The position numbers were made by a program, and so were the translations under genes. Below the pieces are notes generated by a model. The model was not told where the DNA came from. It did not search any database and was given only the letters and a program-made list of their open reading frames with translations. A stretch of DNA of 16,792 nucleotides from Patescibacteria group bacterium (GTDB taxonomy: Bacteria; Patescibacteriota; Minisyncoccia; UBA6257; GWB1-50-10): the NCBI GenBank assembly GCA_038064775.1, contig JBBTSG010000013.1:1-16792 (forward strand), given 5' to 3'. Shown here piece after piece: positions 15,169-16,792 of this stretch (position 1 is the first letter of the stretch; each line of letters starts with the position of its first letter).

Positions 15169-15348
15169 ATGGAACATTTTATTTGTACTGGCGGTTGCAA
15201 AGGAGTGAGCCCAAAGGCGGGTAAGTGTGAAGCAATAGATTGTCCGATGAATGGCGAGCCGCTTGAACAATGTGATTGTGAAGACAGCAGTCATTACGGC
15301 GCTTTTAAAGAAGAAGCGGAAAACGATAACGATAACGACGGTGATTGA
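15169..15348 (+). CDS. 59-aa Cys-rich small protein with an acidic Asn/Asp tail (MEHFICTGGCKGVSPKAGKCEAIDCPMNGEPLEQCDCEDSSHYGAFKEEAENDNDNDGD). Not in the supplied ORF track
   Basis: ATG 15169 to TGA 15346-15348, six Cys (C6,C10,C20,C25,C35,C37) plus His42. It is preceded by an extended -10 tgttataat (15127-15135) just after the yggT stop. No SD is present. The protein-like composition is coherent. Confidence 0.5.
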   Translation: MEHFICTGGCKGVSPKAGKCEAIDCPMNGEPLEQCDCEDSSHYGAFKEEAENDNDNDGD

Positions 15349-15373
15349 CTTGATTTTTATTCGCCTGTATACT
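15345..15373 (+). promoter_or_regulatory. Sigma70 promoter (TTGACT-17-TGTATACT, extended -10)
   Basis: ttgact(15345-15350), tg at 15366-15367, and tatact(15368-15373). It overlaps the stop of the small Cys-rich ORF and is followed by the strong SD aagaggtga. Confidence 0.55.
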
Positions 15374-15418
15374 CGGCACTAGCTAACTAATTAATAAAAA
15401 TTAAATAAGAGGTGAGAA

Positions 15419-15883
15419 GTGATAAGAGAAAGTTATTTGACGGATGAAGACAAGAAAGATTTGCTGATGGTAAAAACGCCGGCTGATTTGATTTTTGTCG
15501 CTAAACGAGAATTGGAAGTAATGCGTAAACTTCCTGGGCTTACAATTCAACCTTCCGGGCCGATTACAACCGGCGGTCTTGGCTCCAAAAGAAAAAATAT
15601 GAATAGGTTTGTGAAGACCATTCGCAAAATGCAAGCGGATAACTTCAAGGTTTGGAATATTTTGCCTTATGAACCGGCAATCGATCGATTGACGAAAATT
15701 TTAAAAACTACCGATTCGCATTGGATAATGAGAGATTTTTATGAGCCGATTATCCTTTCAGAATTAATTGATGCTATGGCTTTTATTGACGGATGGAAAG
15801 GCTCAAAAGGCGCTCGATTTGAGAATCGGCTTGGAAAAAAACGCGGTCTCACAATGATTTACCTGCCGCCCCATTATGTTTGA
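15419..15883 (+). CDS. Hypothetical protein, probably DUF4406-like (nucleoside 2-deoxyribosyltransferase-like fold)
   Basis: GTG start 6 nt after gagg, within the SD aagaggtga. Motifs SGPITTGG ... FKVWNILP ... GWKGSKGARFENRLGKK..IY resemble the DUF4406 signatures (ISGPMTG ... V.NP ... GWE.S.GA..E...A.KLGK.I.Y). The family assignment is moderate. Confidence 0.6.
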   Translation: MIRESYLTDEDKKDLLMVKTPADLIFVAKRELEVMRKLPGLTIQPSGPITTGGLGSKRKNMNRFVKTIRKMQADNFKVWNILPYEPAIDRLTKILKTTDSHWIMRDFYEPIILSELIDAMAFIDGWKGSKGARFENRLGKKRGLTMIYLPPHYV

Positions 15884-15895
15884 GGGCGGCTTTTT
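15865..15895 (+). terminator. Intrinsic terminator overlapping the stop codon
   Basis: gccgccc(15865-15871) pairs with gggcggc(15884-15890) across a 12-nt loop containing the TGA, followed by ttttt. Confidence 0.55.
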
Positions 15896-15938
15896 ATTTA
15901 GGTTAGTAATGATTATAATTTAAGAATATTTTGAAAAC

Positions 15939-16622
15939 ATGATTCCAGATATTACTTTAAAAGACTTTTTTGCGAACCTTTTGACTGGTTCCGCGCCGGT
16001 CTATTTAGCGATAATTTTCTTTTGGGCGGTTTTTGCTTTTGCTCTTTATGTTTTCTTGAAGAAACCGGAAAAACAGCGCGCTTACACTCGCGCTGTTTGG
16101 TCTGTGATAGGTTTTCGGGCCCTCTACGCCCTTCTTTTAACCGCCGGCCAATATTACGTTTGGTCAAAAAATTCTTTTACCGAAAGTTTTTTAAACAAGC
16201 CGTTAGGCGACACGGTGCCGCTTGGTTTTGTAAAAGATCTCCCGTGGATTTTTAATTCAAAATTTGGCTATTTTATTTTTTATTCTTGGGGTCGTTTTTG
16301 GCTTGACGTTGTTATTTCAATCGGCGCGGCGCTAATTTTTTGGTGGTTTTTGAAAGTTTTAGAAAGGCACAAAGAAAGATTTTTTGAAACAGGCGAAACA
16401 ACTTTGGGCTTGCTTTGCGCGCTCGTCGTTGGCTGGCCAAGATTTATTGCTTTTGTACCGCTGATTTTCTTTTCCGTCTTAATCGTTTCAATTTTCCGCC
16501 GGCTTGCCTTTAAGGAAGAATTCACCACTTTAAGTTACTCGTTTCTTTTTGCTTTGCTTCTGACTTTGGCTTTCGGCGGCGCCATTCTTGGTTATTTTAA
16601 TTTAAATTTGCTTGCCGTATAG
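15939..16622 (+). CDS. Hypothetical polytopic membrane protein (227 aa, ~6 TM)
   Basis: Hydrophobic ORF. The C-terminal ETGETTLGLLCALVVGW segment faintly resembles the G.GD.KL...G..GW segment of A24 prepilin peptidases but lacks the Asp, so no family call is made. Confidence 0.65.
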   Translation: MIPDITLKDFFANLLTGSAPVYLAIIFFWAVFAFALYVFLKKPEKQRAYTRAVWSVIGFRALYALLLTAGQYYVWSKNSFTESFLNKPLGDTVPLGFVKDLPWIFNSKFGYFIFYSWGRFWLDVVISIGAALIFWWFLKVLERHKERFFETGETTLGLLCALVVGWPRFIAFVPLIFFSVLIVSIFRRLAFKEEFTTLSYSFLFALLLTLAFGGAILGYFNLNLLAV

Positions 16623-16656
16623 AAACTAGCGAAGGATAAAAAGGTGCTATCTAGGA

Positions 16657-16690
16657 GTGTTATCAGTAAAACACCTATATTTTTCTCAGT
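16657..16690 (+). terminator. Weak intrinsic terminator
   Basis: gtgtt-atcagtaa-aacac stem, then ctatattttt ct. AT-rich 5-bp stem. Confidence 0.3.
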
Positions 16691-16703
16691 GTTTTTAGTG
16701 CTA

Positions 16704-16733
16704 TTGACAAATTACCTTGTAGTATGCTAAAAT
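16704..16733 (+). promoter_or_regulatory. Sigma70-like promoter (TTGACA-18-TAAAAT) pointing out of the window
   Basis: ttgaca(16704-16709) and taaaat(16728-16733). Downstream are two short hairpins (gtaaga-tac-tcttac, cttgg-cagta-ccaag) before the window ends. Confidence 0.4.
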
Positions 16734-16792
16734 TACTCTTGTAAGATACTCTTACACTGACTTGGCAGTACCAAGTGTTCATTAACAGAAAG

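Noticed and set aside
15939-16622. Possible type IV prepilin peptidase (A24) identity for the last membrane protein
   Set aside because: Only a loose GxGExxL...GW resemblance. The catalytic Asp pair and typical topology are not evident, so it is kept as a hypothetical membrane protein.

Overview
This 16.8-kb window is low-GC bacterial DNA, and its gene content suggests an uncultivated, possibly Patescibacteria/CPR-like, organism (inference only). It is densely packed with about 20 protein-coding genes and contains no rRNA, tRNA, CRISPR array, transposase or integrase that I can recognise. Most genes look monocistronic. Many have a readable sigma70-type promoter (TTGACA / TATAAT-like boxes), and several have GC-stem/T-run intrinsic terminators.

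Recognisable products:
- a 780-aa flotillin-like SPFH/band-7 protein (minus strand) containing five tandem copies of a partial SPFH module
- a stand-alone SWIB/MDM2-domain protein (minus strand)
- TspO/MBR, a DoxX/DUF417-like membrane protein, and a small membrane protein
- a GH1-family glycosidase
- a 386-aa polytopic membrane protein of unknown family that is noticeably more GC-rich than its neighbours
- a ZIP-family metal transporter (minus strand), divergently paired with a 42-aa Cys/His-rich micro-ORF
- a DUF1003-like membrane protein
- a contiguous five-gene block: HlyD-family adaptor, MacB-type ABC ATPase, FtsX-type permease, a translationally coupled 102-aa membrane protein, and a membrane-anchored DUF4015-like TIM-barrel hydrolase-like protein
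- a YggT-like protein, preceded by a leaderless 28-aa hydrophobic micro-ORF
- a 59-aa Cys-rich protein with an acidic tail that is missing from the ORF track
- a DUF4406-like (nucleoside 2-deoxyribosyltransferase-fold) protein
- a terminal polytopic membrane protein

The most unusual items are the repeat-expanded orphan flotillin, the two cysteine-rich micro-proteins (one coupled to the ZIP transporter), an orphan plus-strand terminator that may define a small RNA, and the exporter-plus-hydrolase module with an internal promoter. All family assignments are from motif recognition by eye; no database search was run.
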